A stretch of DNA of 64,000 bases from an uncultured Solirubrobacterales bacterium. Lineage in GTDB: Bacteria > Actinomycetota > Thermoleophilia > Solirubrobacterales > 70-9. Positions within the stretch are counted from its first letter, which is position 1. Each line of letters opens with the position of its first letter. The stretch spans positions 97,217-161,216 of the forward strand of contig CAWFAI010000010.1 in NCBI GenBank assembly GCA_963813725.1, read 5' to 3'. The notes beneath the pieces are model-generated. The model did no database searches, was not told the origin of the DNA, and saw only the letters and a program-made list of their open reading frames with translations. Below are positions 8,780 through 17,926 of this stretch, piece by piece. The translations under genes and the position numbers were made by a program.

Positions 8780-9698
8780 AGGGCTCGTCGCGCTCGCGGA
8801 CGGCCTGCTTGAAGCCGGCCTCGGCGGCGCGGCGCTGGAAGTCGAAGCCCTCGGGCGTGTGACGAGCGATGCCGTCGAAGAAGGTGCCGAGGGCCTGGGT
8901 CTGGTGCAGACCCTGGGCGTAGAGCGTCTGGTTCACGAGCAGCTTGTGCATCACGAGCTGGTTCACCGGCAGCCGCGCGACCCGCTCCAGCAGGGATTCG
9001 AAGGCCCCGTCCAGGTCGGCCTCGGGGTGGGCCTCGGTGGCGAGGCCCCACTCGACCGCGGTGGTGCCGTCGATCGAGTCGCCCGTCAGCAGCAGGCGTT
9101 TGGCGCGGGCGGGGCCGATCCGGTAGGCCCACAGCGCCGTCGTCGGCACCCCCCAGACGCGGGCCGGCGGGTAGCCGATCTTGGCGCTGTCCTCGGTCAC
9201 GATCAGGTCCGAGCAGAGCGCCATGTCGGTGCCGCCCGCGACGCAGAAGCCATGCACCTTGCAGACGACCGGCTTCTCGGACCAGAAGAGGCTCATGAAG
9301 CCGCGCACGTTGCGGCTCATCATCTGGAAGTCGGTCACCGGGTCCCAGGTCCCGTCCGGGTCGTGGTTGGCGGCCTGGACGGCTGGGTCCAGCGGCGACC
9401 CCGTGGCAGCCTCCCGGTCGCCGAGGCCCTCAGCCGCCCCCGGACGCGAAGCGGAGGAGGCGGCGTCTGATGAGAGTCCCTCGGCCGAGGCGACCAGGTC
9501 ATACCCACCGCAGAAGCCGCTGCCGTTGCCGGCGAGCGCGATCACGTGCACTTCCGGGTCCAGGTTGGCCCGCTCGACGCAGGCGGCCAGCTCGCGAGGC
9601 ATCTCCAGCGTGATCCCGTTGCCGCGCTCGGGGCGGTTCAGGGTGATCCGTGCGACGCGACCCTCGGCGCCGTAGGTGAGGGTGCTCAGAGCTCTCAA
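8760..9698 (-). CDS. Enoyl-CoA hydratase/isomerase (crotonase) family protein
   Basis: 312 aa with TTG start. GRVARITLNRPERGNG and ALAGNGSGFCGGYDL are crotonase-fold signatures. Confidence 0.9.
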   Translation of the reverse strand: MRALSTLTYGAEGRVARITLNRPERGNGITLEMPRELAACVERANLDPEVHVIALAGNGSGFCGGYDLVASAEGLSSDAASSASRPGAAEGLGDREAATGSPLDPAVQAANHDPDGTWDPVTDFQMMSRNVRGFMSLFWSEKPVVCKVHGFCVAGGTDMALCSDLIVTEDSAKIGYPPARVWGVPTTALWAYRIGPARAKRLLLTGDSIDGTTAVEWGLATEAHPEADLDGAFESLLERVARLPVNQLVMHKLLVNQTLYAQGLHQTQALGTFFDGIARHTPEGFDFQRRAAEAGFKQAVRERDEPFGDFGR

Positions 9699-9770
9699 CC
9701 GACACGATCCACATCCTCTCCGATTCAGGCGTGGCTCGTGCGGCGGCTCACCCCCACCCGGCTGGCGGCC

Positions 9771-11897
9771 TCACCCCGTCTCCCGGTAGCTCGGCTTCTT
9801 GTTGCGCGGGATGCCGTTGAGCACCCGCGTCACCTCCAGCAGGTCGCCCTCGTTGTAGAAGTCCACCGCGACGAGGTTGGAGAGCAGGCCGCGGCGGCGG
9901 TCGCACTCGCGGGCTCGGCGCTTGAGGAAGTCGAACGCGTTCACCTTGGCGCCTATGTCGGGCGAGCGGGGGACCTTCTCGACCCAGTGGTTGAGCTGGA
10001 ACAGGGGGTTGTTGCCGTCACCGCGGTTCGGGACGCAGCTGGTCGAGAGGTCGGACAGCTCGGCGGGCGATTTGAAGGTGTAGGGCGTCTCCTGCGCCAG
10101 GTCGAAGCCGTCGTGGTACCAGGCGAATTCGCCTCCGCCGTTGTCCTTCTCGGCCATCACGAACAGGCGCCGGTCGCGTTCGATCATCTCGCGCAGGGTC
10201 GGGAACGGGCGGCCCGGGCGATGGGCATACGCGTAGCGGAGGATGCCGCTCTCCTCGAACGCCTCGGCGGTCGCCTCGGGGCTGATCGCGTCCTCGATGA
10301 ACAGGATCACGACCTCGTCGGGGTGGGTGTCGAGGAAGTCCTTGACCCAGCCGAGGGCCTTGGTCAGCTTGGTCGCGCCGAGCTCGCAGACGACGTGACA
10401 GAGGTAGCTGCCGGGCTCGCCCTTGCCGCCGCTGCTGGCGAAGCGGGCGCTGAGCTGCTTGAACTGCCGGGCCCCTTCCGGGCCGAGCTGCTGGTTCACG
10501 GTCTCCAGCACCTTGCTGGTTCCCTCTTGGTCGAGGTCGGTCAGCACCGGGCCGCTGGGCCGCTTGATCCCGTAGTGGGTGTCGATCAGCAGGGCCCTGA
10601 CGCCGTCTTTGAGCTGGCGCGGGATGCCTCGGCGCTGGTTGGGCGTGAACCAGGCCGGCAGCTCCGCCGCCGACATCGCGTTGTGCGTAGCGGGGAAGGC
10701 GACCTCGTCGAGCGCGCGGTCGCAGAGTTGCGGGTGGCCGTTGCAGTTCTTCACCGGGCCGGCCGGCCTGGCCGCGGCGCGCTTGTTCTCTTGGGTGATC
10801 AGGAACGCCACCCCGACCGCCGCTGCGACGATCGTGGCGGCGGCCAGCGCCGGCACCCTCCAGTTGGGGGCGGGTGGCACCCCGGCTTTCGCCTTGGCGG
10901 CCCGCGAGCGCCCCCCGGCGGGGGCCGGCGGGGGCGCGATCGCCGCGATCAGCTCGACGACCGCGTAGTAGATCGCGATCGCGCCGACGATCACGGCGAA
11001 GATCTGCAGCGCCAGGGCCGGTTCCAGGAAGGCGATCACCCCCGCGATCCCGATCACCAGCGCCCGGGCGACCCGTGTCCAGGTCCTCTCGGGGGTCCGC
11101 GCGATCCAAGCCGCCGCCTGGCGCGGGCGGTCGAGCGGGTCGGGATCACGGGCCGCGGCGGCGGCCGCGAGCGCGACGGCGACCACGCCGCCCAGCAGCA
11201 GCCAGTCGGCCAGCCCGTCCATGTAGTTGTCGAACAGCGCCGCGACGGCGTCGTGGGTGGTCTCGTCGTCGAAGCGACGCAGCAGCAGCGTCCTGGCGGC
11301 CAGCAGGCCGATGAAGCCGACGGCCGCCGCGGCGCCGATGCCGATGAAGACGTTGACCAGCGCCCGCCGGCGGTCGGGGTTGGTGAAGACGGCACCGGCC
11401 AGAGCCAGGATCCCGAGGGGAGGCAGCAGCAGCCCGAGGAAGCTGATCTCCCTGCTCCAGCGGGCCAGGGTCAGCGCGGTCTTGCTCTCCGTGATGCGGA
11501 CCAGCCGCTGACCGACGTCCTCGGGGATCTTCTTCGCGGTCGCGGGCGAGACCGAGCCCACCGCCGTCACGATCACCCCGTTCACCTCCTGGATCGTCAG
11601 CACCAGCTCGTCGCGGTCCTTGCGGAACAGCGCCTTGTGGGCCTTGCGAACGGCGTCCCGGAAGACCGACTTGAAGGCGTTCGTCTCGAGGGCTCCGGAA
11701 ACCGCCCCCTGCAGCAGCGGCTGCGCGTTGATCAGCTGGTCCGGGCCGATGTTGATGATCTGCTCGACGATCGGCTCGGCGAGCGCATCCCGCACGGCCT
11801 CGTCCTGGAGCGACTTGGCGGCGGTCTGCGAGAAGGCGTTGGCGTTGAACAGCTCCTGCCTGGCGTAGAGCGCGAAGCCCCCGACCAACAGCAGCAC
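9771..11897 (-). CDS. Polytopic membrane protein with C-terminal PI-PLC X-domain-like phosphodiesterase
   Basis: 708 aa. The N-terminal ~370 aa form several hydrophobic helices. The C-terminal part (NCNGHPQLCDRALDEVAFPATHNAM ... ALLIDTHYG ...) resembles PLC-like TIM-barrel phosphodiesterases. Confidence 0.6.
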   Translation of the reverse strand: MLLLVGGFALYARQELFNANAFSQTAAKSLQDEAVRDALAEPIVEQIINIGPDQLINAQPLLQGAVSGALETNAFKSVFRDAVRKAHKALFRKDRDELVLTIQEVNGVIVTAVGSVSPATAKKIPEDVGQRLVRITESKTALTLARWSREISFLGLLLPPLGILALAGAVFTNPDRRRALVNVFIGIGAAAAVGFIGLLAARTLLLRRFDDETTHDAVAALFDNYMDGLADWLLLGGVVAVALAAAAAARDPDPLDRPRQAAAWIARTPERTWTRVARALVIGIAGVIAFLEPALALQIFAVIVGAIAIYYAVVELIAAIAPPPAPAGGRSRAAKAKAGVPPAPNWRVPALAAATIVAAAVGVAFLITQENKRAAARPAGPVKNCNGHPQLCDRALDEVAFPATHNAMSAAELPAWFTPNQRRGIPRQLKDGVRALLIDTHYGIKRPSGPVLTDLDQEGTSKVLETVNQQLGPEGARQFKQLSARFASSGGKGEPGSYLCHVVCELGATKLTKALGWVKDFLDTHPDEVVILFIEDAISPEATAEAFEESGILRYAYAHRPGRPFPTLREMIERDRRLFVMAEKDNGGGEFAWYHDGFDLAQETPYTFKSPAELSDLSTSCVPNRGDGNNPLFQLNHWVEKVPRSPDIGAKVNAFDFLKRRARECDRRRGLLSNLVAVDFYNEGDLLEVTRVLNGIPRNKKPSYRETG

Positions 11898-12012
11898 CGC
11901 GCCGGCGATGCCGAGAACGGTCGACAGCGGCGCGCTTCGCTTCAGAGCCTCACGCCCTCCTCCATACCCCGCGATTCAATCAGGCCCGGTCCCGCCGCCC
12001 GCTTCCGCGATC

Positions 12013-13101
12013 ATGCCCTGCGTGGCGAAGAAGGAGTACACGACGGTCGAGGCCGCCGGGCACGAGGTGCGGATCTCGAGCCCGAGCAAGGTCTATTTCC
12101 CGAGGGCCGGCCCGGGGAAGAAAGGCTTCACCAAGCTCGACCTGGTCGAGTACTACCTCGCGGTCACCGACGCGGCGGTGAACCAGCTGCGCGAGCGGCC
12201 GGGGACGATGAAGCGCTTCGTGGACGGCGCCGCGGGCGAGTTCTTCTTCCAGAAGCGCGTGCCGAAGGGGGCGCCCGAATGGCTTCAGACCGCGACCTTC
12301 ACCTTCCCGAGCGGGCGCACGGCGACGGAGCTGGTGGCAAACGACGGCGCGCACCTGGCCTGGGCGGTGAACCTCGGCGTCATCGACTTCAACCCCCACC
12401 CGGTCCGGCGCGCGGACCTGGACTGCCCCGACGAGCTGCGGGTCGACCTGGACCCGACGCCCGGGGTGCGCTGGAACACGGTGCGGCAGGTGGCGATGTG
12501 CGTGAAGGAGGTGCTGGCGGACCACGACCTCGTCGGGTTCCCAAAAACCTCAGGGAGCAGGGGCATCCACGTGAACGTGCGGATCACTCCCGACTGGGAC
12601 TACGTCGAAGTTCGCCGCGCCGCACTGGCGCTGGCGAGGGAGGTCGAGCGCCGAATTCCCAAGAAGGCCACGAGCAAGTGGTGGAAGGAGGAGCGCCACG
12701 GCGTCTTCGTGGACTACAACCAGAACGCCCGCGACCGCACGATCGCCTCGGGCTACTCGGTGCGGCCCGTGCCCGAGGCCAAGGTCTGCTGCCCGATCGG
12801 GTGGGACGAGGTCCCCGACGTCGAGGCGGGCGACCTGCGCCTGGACACCGTTCCGGCGCGGCTGAAGAAGAAGGGCGACCCCGCGGCCGACATCGACCAG
12901 CACGCCGGCTCGCTCGACAAGCTCCTGGACCTGGCCCGCCGCGACGAGGAGGAGGGCCTTGGCGACGCCCCCTGGCCGCCCCACTTCCGCAAGCAGCGCG
13001 GCGAGCCGAAGAGAGTGCAGCCGAGCAAGGCGAAGCAGCCGGCGCCCGGCGGGACGAAGCGCAAAAAGCAGGCAAGGAAGGCGGCCAAGAAGCAGACCTG
13101 A
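12013..13101 (+). CDS. Stand-alone LigD polymerase/primase (NHEJ Pol) domain protein
   Basis: The tracked ORF starts at 11908, but ATG 12013 (MPCVAKKEYTT..) is the more likely start. LigD-Pol motifs are present: VIDFNPH, ELRVDLDP, KTSGSRGIHV, VFVDYNQNARDRT. The C-terminal tail is Lys-rich. Confidence 0.85.
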   Translation: MPCVAKKEYTTVEAAGHEVRISSPSKVYFPRAGPGKKGFTKLDLVEYYLAVTDAAVNQLRERPGTMKRFVDGAAGEFFFQKRVPKGAPEWLQTATFTFPSGRTATELVANDGAHLAWAVNLGVIDFNPHPVRRADLDCPDELRVDLDPTPGVRWNTVRQVAMCVKEVLADHDLVGFPKTSGSRGIHVNVRITPDWDYVEVRRAALALAREVERRIPKKATSKWWKEERHGVFVDYNQNARDRTIASGYSVRPVPEAKVCCPIGWDEVPDVEAGDLRLDTVPARLKKKGDPAADIDQHAGSLDKLLDLARRDEEEGLGDAPWPPHFRKQRGEPKRVQPSKAKQPAPGGTKRKKQARKAAKKQT

Positions 13102-13204
13102 GGGGCGGCCCCAGGGGTCTTTGGAACGGCGATCGGTTCGCTGCTTACGTCGCGCGCTCGGCCTGGCCCTCATGTTGGCAGGGCCCCGAGCCGATTCGGA
13201 AGCG

Positions 13205-13909
13205 ATGGACGCCAACCAGTACGCGCTTGCTCACGGTGTCCGCCGCAGCCGGATGACCCTGCTGCGCTGGCAGCGGGATCCCTGGCCGGTCCTGCGCTCC
13301 TGGCTGCTGGGGGCCGTCGCGATCGGCGTCGTGCTGCTGTTGGCCGTGCTGGTGATCGCCTCGCTGGTCAAGCCCGACATCGGCTTCAACTACGTGCCCG
13401 GGCTTCCCGAAGGCGCGGAGGCCGGCCACGTCGCGCGGATCGTCGGGCAGAACTCGCTGGTGCTGGCGCTGCACGCCTTCGCGTGCATCGCGGGCTTCAT
13501 CGCCGGCAGCGCGCTTCCCCTTTCGGCCGAGAAGCGCCGCGGGATCTCCCGCTGGGTCCACGAGCGCGCGCGGCCGGTGGCCTTCGCCTGGGTGGTGTTC
13601 GTGACGGGGTTCTCGCTTCTCGCCCAGGCCGCCGCCCTCGGCGTGATCGGCTCCACCCTCTCCTTCAGCGCCGACGTCTCGCCCGGGGTGCTTGTGCTGA
13701 CCGTCCTCCCCCACGCCCTGCTGGAGCTGACCGCCGTCTTCCTGCCGCTGGCCGCCTGGACGATCGCCAGCCGCCGCGACGAATGGGATCAGCTGCTGGC
13801 CGCCACCGCCGTCACCGTCACGATCGCGATCCCGATGCTGATCGCCTCGGCGGCCTGGGAGGTCCACGTCTGGCCCCACCTGCTGCGCGCCGCCTCGCCC
13901 GTCGGCTGA
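13205..13909 (+). CDS. Integral membrane protein, SpoIIM/DUF95-like (tentative)
   Basis: ATG 13205 lies inside tracked ORF 12959..13909. About 6 helices. LPHALLELTAVFLPLAAW resembles the conserved SpoIIM-family helix. Confidence 0.5.
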   Translation: MDANQYALAHGVRRSRMTLLRWQRDPWPVLRSWLLGAVAIGVVLLLAVLVIASLVKPDIGFNYVPGLPEGAEAGHVARIVGQNSLVLALHAFACIAGFIAGSALPLSAEKRRGISRWVHERARPVAFAWVVFVTGFSLLAQAAALGVIGSTLSFSADVSPGVLVLTVLPHALLELTAVFLPLAAWTIASRRDEWDQLLAATAVTVTIAIPMLIASAAWEVHVWPHLLRAASPVG

Positions 13910-13982
13910 CGCCGGCCGACGGCCCAGATCGCCGGACGGCTAAGGTTCCCCCCGACCTGCTGCGACTCACAAAGGGGACACG

Positions 13983-14378
13983 ATGATTCCGATTGCCGAG
14001 TACACCTTCGGCCAGGGGCTGCTGACGGTGCTTTCCATCTTCGTCTTCATGGCCTGGATCCTGGTTCTGGTCACGATCCTCAGCGACCTCTTCCGCGATC
14101 ACGAGTTGTCGGGCTGGGGCAAGGCTGCCTGGGTCCTGTTCCTGATCTTCATTCCCTTCCTCGCAGCGCTCATCTACCTGATCGCCCGCGGCAGCGGCAT
14201 GCGCGAGCGCGCGATCAAGCAGCACGAGGCCGACCAGAAGCAGCTAGACGCCTATGTCAAGCACGCGGCCGGTGGTGCCTCAGCCGCGGACGAGGTGGCG
14301 AAACTCAAGAAGCTGCGCGACGAGGGGACGATCAGCGACGAGGAGTTCGAGCGCCAGAAGGCGAAGGCGCTGGCCTAG
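13983..14378 (+). CDS. PLDc_N-type membrane domain plus SHOCT domain protein
   Basis: 131 aa. Two N-terminal helices end in GWGKAAWVLFLIFIPFLAALIYLI (PLD nuclease N-terminal-like). The C-terminal LKKLRDEGTISDEEFERQKAKAL is a SHOCT motif. Confidence 0.75.
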   Translation: MIPIAEYTFGQGLLTVLSIFVFMAWILVLVTILSDLFRDHELSGWGKAAWVLFLIFIPFLAALIYLIARGSGMRERAIKQHEADQKQLDAYVKHAAGGASAADEVAKLKKLRDEGTISDEEFERQKAKALA

Positions 14379-14381
14379 CGC

Positions 14382-15353
14382 CTAGACGAGCTGGTCGAGG
14401 GTGCACTCCCTCGGCTTCTTGTCGTCGCGCCAGCGGACGATCTTGGAGCCGTGGCGGATGCGCCCCCCGCTGGTGTGGTCGTAGGTGATCTCGATCACGA
14501 GCTCGGGGCGCAGCTCGCGCCACTCCAGCTCGCGGTCTGAGTCCCAGCGGCTGGGGTCGCCGCTGCCCACCTCGCCGGTCTCGTACGGGGCCAGCGTCTT
14601 CACGAGCTCGCGCTTCTCTTTGGCCTTCAGCCCCGAGGTGTGGCCGATCGGGGCCAGCTTCCCCTTCTTGTCATAGAGCCCGAGGATCAGCGAGCCCACC
14701 GTGCCCTCCTCCTTGCCCGGCCGCCAGCCCACGATCACGACGTCGATCGTGCGCACGTGCTTGATCTTGACCATGCCCTTGCGCTTGCCGGGCACGTAGG
14801 GAGCGTCGAGCTGCTTCGCGATCACGCCCTCGCCGGACATCAGCCACGGCGAGGCGGTCTCGACCGACTTGGTCAGCGGCGTCAGCTCGACCGAGCCGCT
14901 CGCCGACTTCTTGCGGCCGGGGGCGTCGGCGATCAGCGACTTCAGCGCCTCGCGCCGCTCAGAGAACGGGGCCTTCATCAGCTTCGTCTTCCCCTCCGCC
15001 AGCAGGTCGAAGGCGCGGAAGATCGCCGGCGTCTCGTCGGCCAACATCTTCACCCGCGACTCCGCCGGATGCAGGCGCGCCTGGAGGTGGTCGAAGACCT
15101 CGCGGCCATCGTCGTCGAGGATGACCAGCTCGCCGTCCATCACGTAGCGGCCCTTCGGCAACACCAGCTCGGGGAAGTAGCGCAGCAGCGGACGGGCGCC
15201 GCGCGACTGCAGATAGACCTTCTCGCCGTCGACGAACGCGAGCGCGCGGAAGCCGTCGTACTTGGGCTCATAGGCCCACTCCTCGCCCTCGGGCAACACC
15301 TTGCGCGAGAGGGCGAGCTGCGGCTTCACCGGGGGCCGGATCGGGAACGACAC
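14382..15353 (-). CDS. ATP-dependent DNA ligase (LigC / LigD-ligase-domain type)
   Basis: 323 aa with GTG start. Motif I is EPKYDGFR (adenylated Lys). EGVIAK and VKIKH motifs are also present, followed by a C-terminal OB-fold region. Confidence 0.9.
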   Translation of the reverse strand: MSFPIRPPVKPQLALSRKVLPEGEEWAYEPKYDGFRALAFVDGEKVYLQSRGARPLLRYFPELVLPKGRYVMDGELVILDDDGREVFDHLQARLHPAESRVKMLADETPAIFRAFDLLAEGKTKLMKAPFSERREALKSLIADAPGRKKSASGSVELTPLTKSVETASPWLMSGEGVIAKQLDAPYVPGKRKGMVKIKHVRTIDVVIVGWRPGKEEGTVGSLILGLYDKKGKLAPIGHTSGLKAKEKRELVKTLAPYETGEVGSGDPSRWDSDRELEWRELRPELVIEITYDHTSGGRIRHGSKIVRWRDDKKPRECTLDQLV

Positions 15354-15376
15354 ATCACATTCGTACCATCGCCGCC

Positions 15377-16582
15377 ATGTCGGCAGCCGACAGCATGGAC
15401 TTCGCCGTCGTGGGCGGCGGCATCGTCGGCATGGCGACCGCGCGCGAGCTGCTGGCCCGCAACCCCGGCGCCACGCTGACCGTGCTCGAGCGCGAGCCCG
15501 AGCTGAGCACCCACCAGACCGGGCACTCCAGCGGGGTCATCCACGCCGGCATCTACTACGCGCCGGGCTCGCTCAAGGCCCGGCTCTGCGTCGAGGGGGC
15601 GCGCGAGCTGTACGCGTTCTGCCACCAGCGCGGGATCGAGGCGCGGCGGGAGGGCAAGCTGATCGTCGCCACGGACGAGTCCGACCTGCCGGCCCTGGAC
15701 GAGCTCGAGCGCCGCGGCGCCGCCAACGAGGTCCCCGGCCTCCGCCGCCTGGCCAGCGAGGAGATCGCCGGGATCGAACCGCATGCGCGGGCCGTCGCCG
15801 CCCTCCACTCCCCGAACACCGGCGTCGTCGACTTCAAGCGGGTGGCCGCCGCCTACGCCGACGATGTGCGGGCGGCGGGCGGCGAGGTGCGAACGGGGAG
15901 CGAGGTCACGGGCCTGCGCGCCGACGGGAGCGGGATCGAGCTGGCGCTGCGCGACCGCGCCCCCCTGCGGGCCGGGTTCGCGGTCCTCTGCGCCGGCGCG
16001 TGGTCGGATCGCCTTGCGGTGATGGCCGGCGCGCCGGCCGAGCCGCGGATCGTCCCGTTCCGGGGCGGCTACCTGAAGCTGCGGCCCGAGCGCCGCGAGC
16101 TGGTGCGGGCCAGCATCTATCCCGTGCCCGACCCGGACCTTCCCTTCCTCGGCGCCCATCTGACCAGGACGATCGAGGACGAGGTTCTGCTGGGCCCCTC
16201 CGCCCTGATGGTGGCGGCGCGCGACGCCTACCGGCTCGGCAGGCTCCGGCCCCGCGACCTCGGCTCGACGCTCGCCTGGCCGGGGACTTGGAGGCTGATG
16301 GGCCGCTTCTGGCGAACCGGCGCCACCGAGATCTCCCACGCCGCCAGCAAGCGGGCGTTCGTCCGCGAGGCGCGCCGGCTCGTCCCCGAGCTGACGGCCG
16401 CCGACGTCGTCGCCGGCCCGTCCGGGATCCGCGCCCAGGCCCTGAACCGCGACGGCTCCCTGGTGGACGACTTCGTCGTGCACCGGACCGAGCGGGCGAT
16501 CCACGTCCGCAACGCGCCCTCCCCCGCCGCGACCTCGTCGCTGCCGCTGGCCCGGTTGATCGCCGACCAGGTCGCCGGCTAG
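15377..16582 (+). CDS. lhgO: L-2-hydroxyglutarate oxidase (FAD-dependent)
   Basis: 401 aa. Long colinear similarity to E. coli LhgO as I recall it: VVGGGIVGMATA, HQTGHSSGVIHAGIYYAPGSLKA, PFRGGY, YPVPDPDLPFLGAHLT, GIRAQAL..DG.LVDDF, HVRNAPSPAATSSL. Confidence 0.9.
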   Translation: MSAADSMDFAVVGGGIVGMATARELLARNPGATLTVLEREPELSTHQTGHSSGVIHAGIYYAPGSLKARLCVEGARELYAFCHQRGIEARREGKLIVATDESDLPALDELERRGAANEVPGLRRLASEEIAGIEPHARAVAALHSPNTGVVDFKRVAAAYADDVRAAGGEVRTGSEVTGLRADGSGIELALRDRAPLRAGFAVLCAGAWSDRLAVMAGAPAEPRIVPFRGGYLKLRPERRELVRASIYPVPDPDLPFLGAHLTRTIEDEVLLGPSALMVAARDAYRLGRLRPRDLGSTLAWPGTWRLMGRFWRTGATEISHAASKRAFVREARRLVPELTAADVVAGPSGIRAQALNRDGSLVDDFVVHRTERAIHVRNAPSPAATSSLPLARLIADQVAG

Positions 16583-17013
16583 TCCGTCGCCCGGTAGTCC
16601 GCGGGCATGCGCTCGTCGAAGCGGGGCAGTCCGTCGTCGGGGATCTCGTACCAGGGCGCCTTGTAGGCCACGAACTGGTGCAGGCCCGGCGCGACGCCGG
16701 GATCCTCGTCGAGTGCCCCCATCCTGACGCTGATCAGGGCCGGGTTCTCGTTGCTGCGCGTGAACAGCTGGCTGCCGCAGGCGCTGCAGAAGCTCTTGTG
16801 CCAGCCGTCAGCGGGCCGGTGCACGCCGACAAGCGCTTCGCCCTCTGTGATCTCGAAGGAGCCCGGCACGGTCAGGGCGCTGTACGAGAACGCCGTGCCG
16901 GTGCGCCGCTGGCAGCGCTTGCAGTGGCAGTACGCGGCGCCGAGCAGCGGCTCGTTGACCTGGAAGCGGACCTGCTCGCACATGCAGCCGCCCTTGATCG
17001 GTGTCTGTGCCAT
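16579..17013 (-). CDS. GFA (glutathione-dependent formaldehyde-activating / CENP-V) family protein
   Basis: 144 aa with the Cys pattern GGCMC ... CHCKRCQRRTG ... CSACG. Confidence 0.85.
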   Translation of the reverse strand: MAQTPIKGGCMCEQVRFQVNEPLLGAAYCHCKRCQRRTGTAFSYSALTVPGSFEITEGEALVGVHRPADGWHKSFCSACGSQLFTRSNENPALISVRMGALDEDPGVAPGLHQFVAYKAPWYEIPDDGLPRFDERMPADYRATD

Positions 17014-17039
17014 ACCCGAAAAATGTTAGAGAGGCCGGA

Positions 17040-17926
17040 TCAGAAGGCGAGGCCGGCGAGGCTTCGTAGCCGGTCGGTCAGGTCCTCGATCGGCTGGAAG
17101 CCGCCGCCCGGGGGCGGCTCGACGCTGACCTCGGCCCCGACGTCGGAGATCTGAGCGTCGATGGTGACTGCGCCGCCGCTGATGTCGCCGACGGCGGCCT
17201 GCCTCGTCGCCGGGACAGCGAACGGGAACTCGGTCCGGAAGCGCCGGATCGTGTGGTCGTCGTATGCGACCCAGGCCTGGACCGGGCCGTCGCGGGCGCC
17301 GCGCGCCAGCTCTCGCAGCAGCGCCGGAGCGCCGAGCGCTGCCATCAGCCCGGCCAGGTCCCGGGCGGCCGCGCGCGAGTCGAGCGTCCCCTCCACCAGC
17401 TCGGTCTGGGTGCCGGCCACGTCCTCGGTCCCCGCGTAGCGGGGATCCCGGAACCACTCGTCCACCTGCAGCGCCAGCGCGGGCGGGCCGCCCTCTTCGC
17501 GAGCCGCGCGCAGATCTTGCTCGAGCTCGGCGACCCGCTGGGGCCCCACCCGGTAGTTCTCGCCGAAGAAGACGACGAAGGCGTCATCGCCGGTCGAGAC
17601 GAGCTGGCCGTCCACGCCGAACCCCGCGACCTCGCCGTCGAGCGCAAAGTCGAAGCTGGGCAGCCCCCCGCCCTCGTCCAGAGCGAACGGGCCCTGCAGC
17701 TGGGCGCCGCTCTGGCCGGCCAGCAGCGAGTTCCCCTCGAGCACCACGCTGAGGCCGATCTCGGCCTCGCCGCTCTGCGCCGGGTTCTGCACCGCCTGCC
17801 CGCAGCAGCTCGGCCGGCGGCTCGCTGGGAGGCTCGCGCTCGTCCTCGCCGCCGCAGCCCGTGGCCGCCAGCAGCGCGGTCATGGACCAGGAGGCCGGCC
17901 AGCCCGCCGGCCGGCCGAGGCCTCAA
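17040..17926 (-). pseudogene. Putative lipoprotein, two frame disruptions in the N-terminal region
   Basis: Three tracked fragments join. TTG 17926 gives MRPRPAGGLAGLLV. The frame then changes near 17884 to MTALLAATGCGGEDE (lipobox LAATGC), and again near 17799-17801 to ..AVQNPAQSGEAEIGL.. (ORF 17040..17792). (887-2) nt is a multiple of 3. The TTG start overlaps the upstream stop (TTGA). Confidence 0.55.

Noticed and set aside
11966-11971. GGGTAT (minus strand) upstream of the membrane/PLC-like gene
   Set aside because: No GTTT-like -35 element lies 14-16 nt upstream. It is only a partial match 66 nt from the start.
9546-13256. 1236-aa plus-strand ORF, the longest in the track
   Set aside because: The composition is R/G/A/P/D-rich and low-complexity with no recognisable motif. 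It is antisense to the well-supported 708-aa membrane/PLC-like gene and out of frame over the LigD-Pol gene. This is a typical stop-free artefact of about 70% GC DNA.
17012-17017. GGGTAT (minus strand) as a SigB-type -10 box for the GFA gene
   Set aside because: It overlaps the ATG start codon itself, so it cannot serve as that gene's promoter. There is no GTTT at the right spacing.
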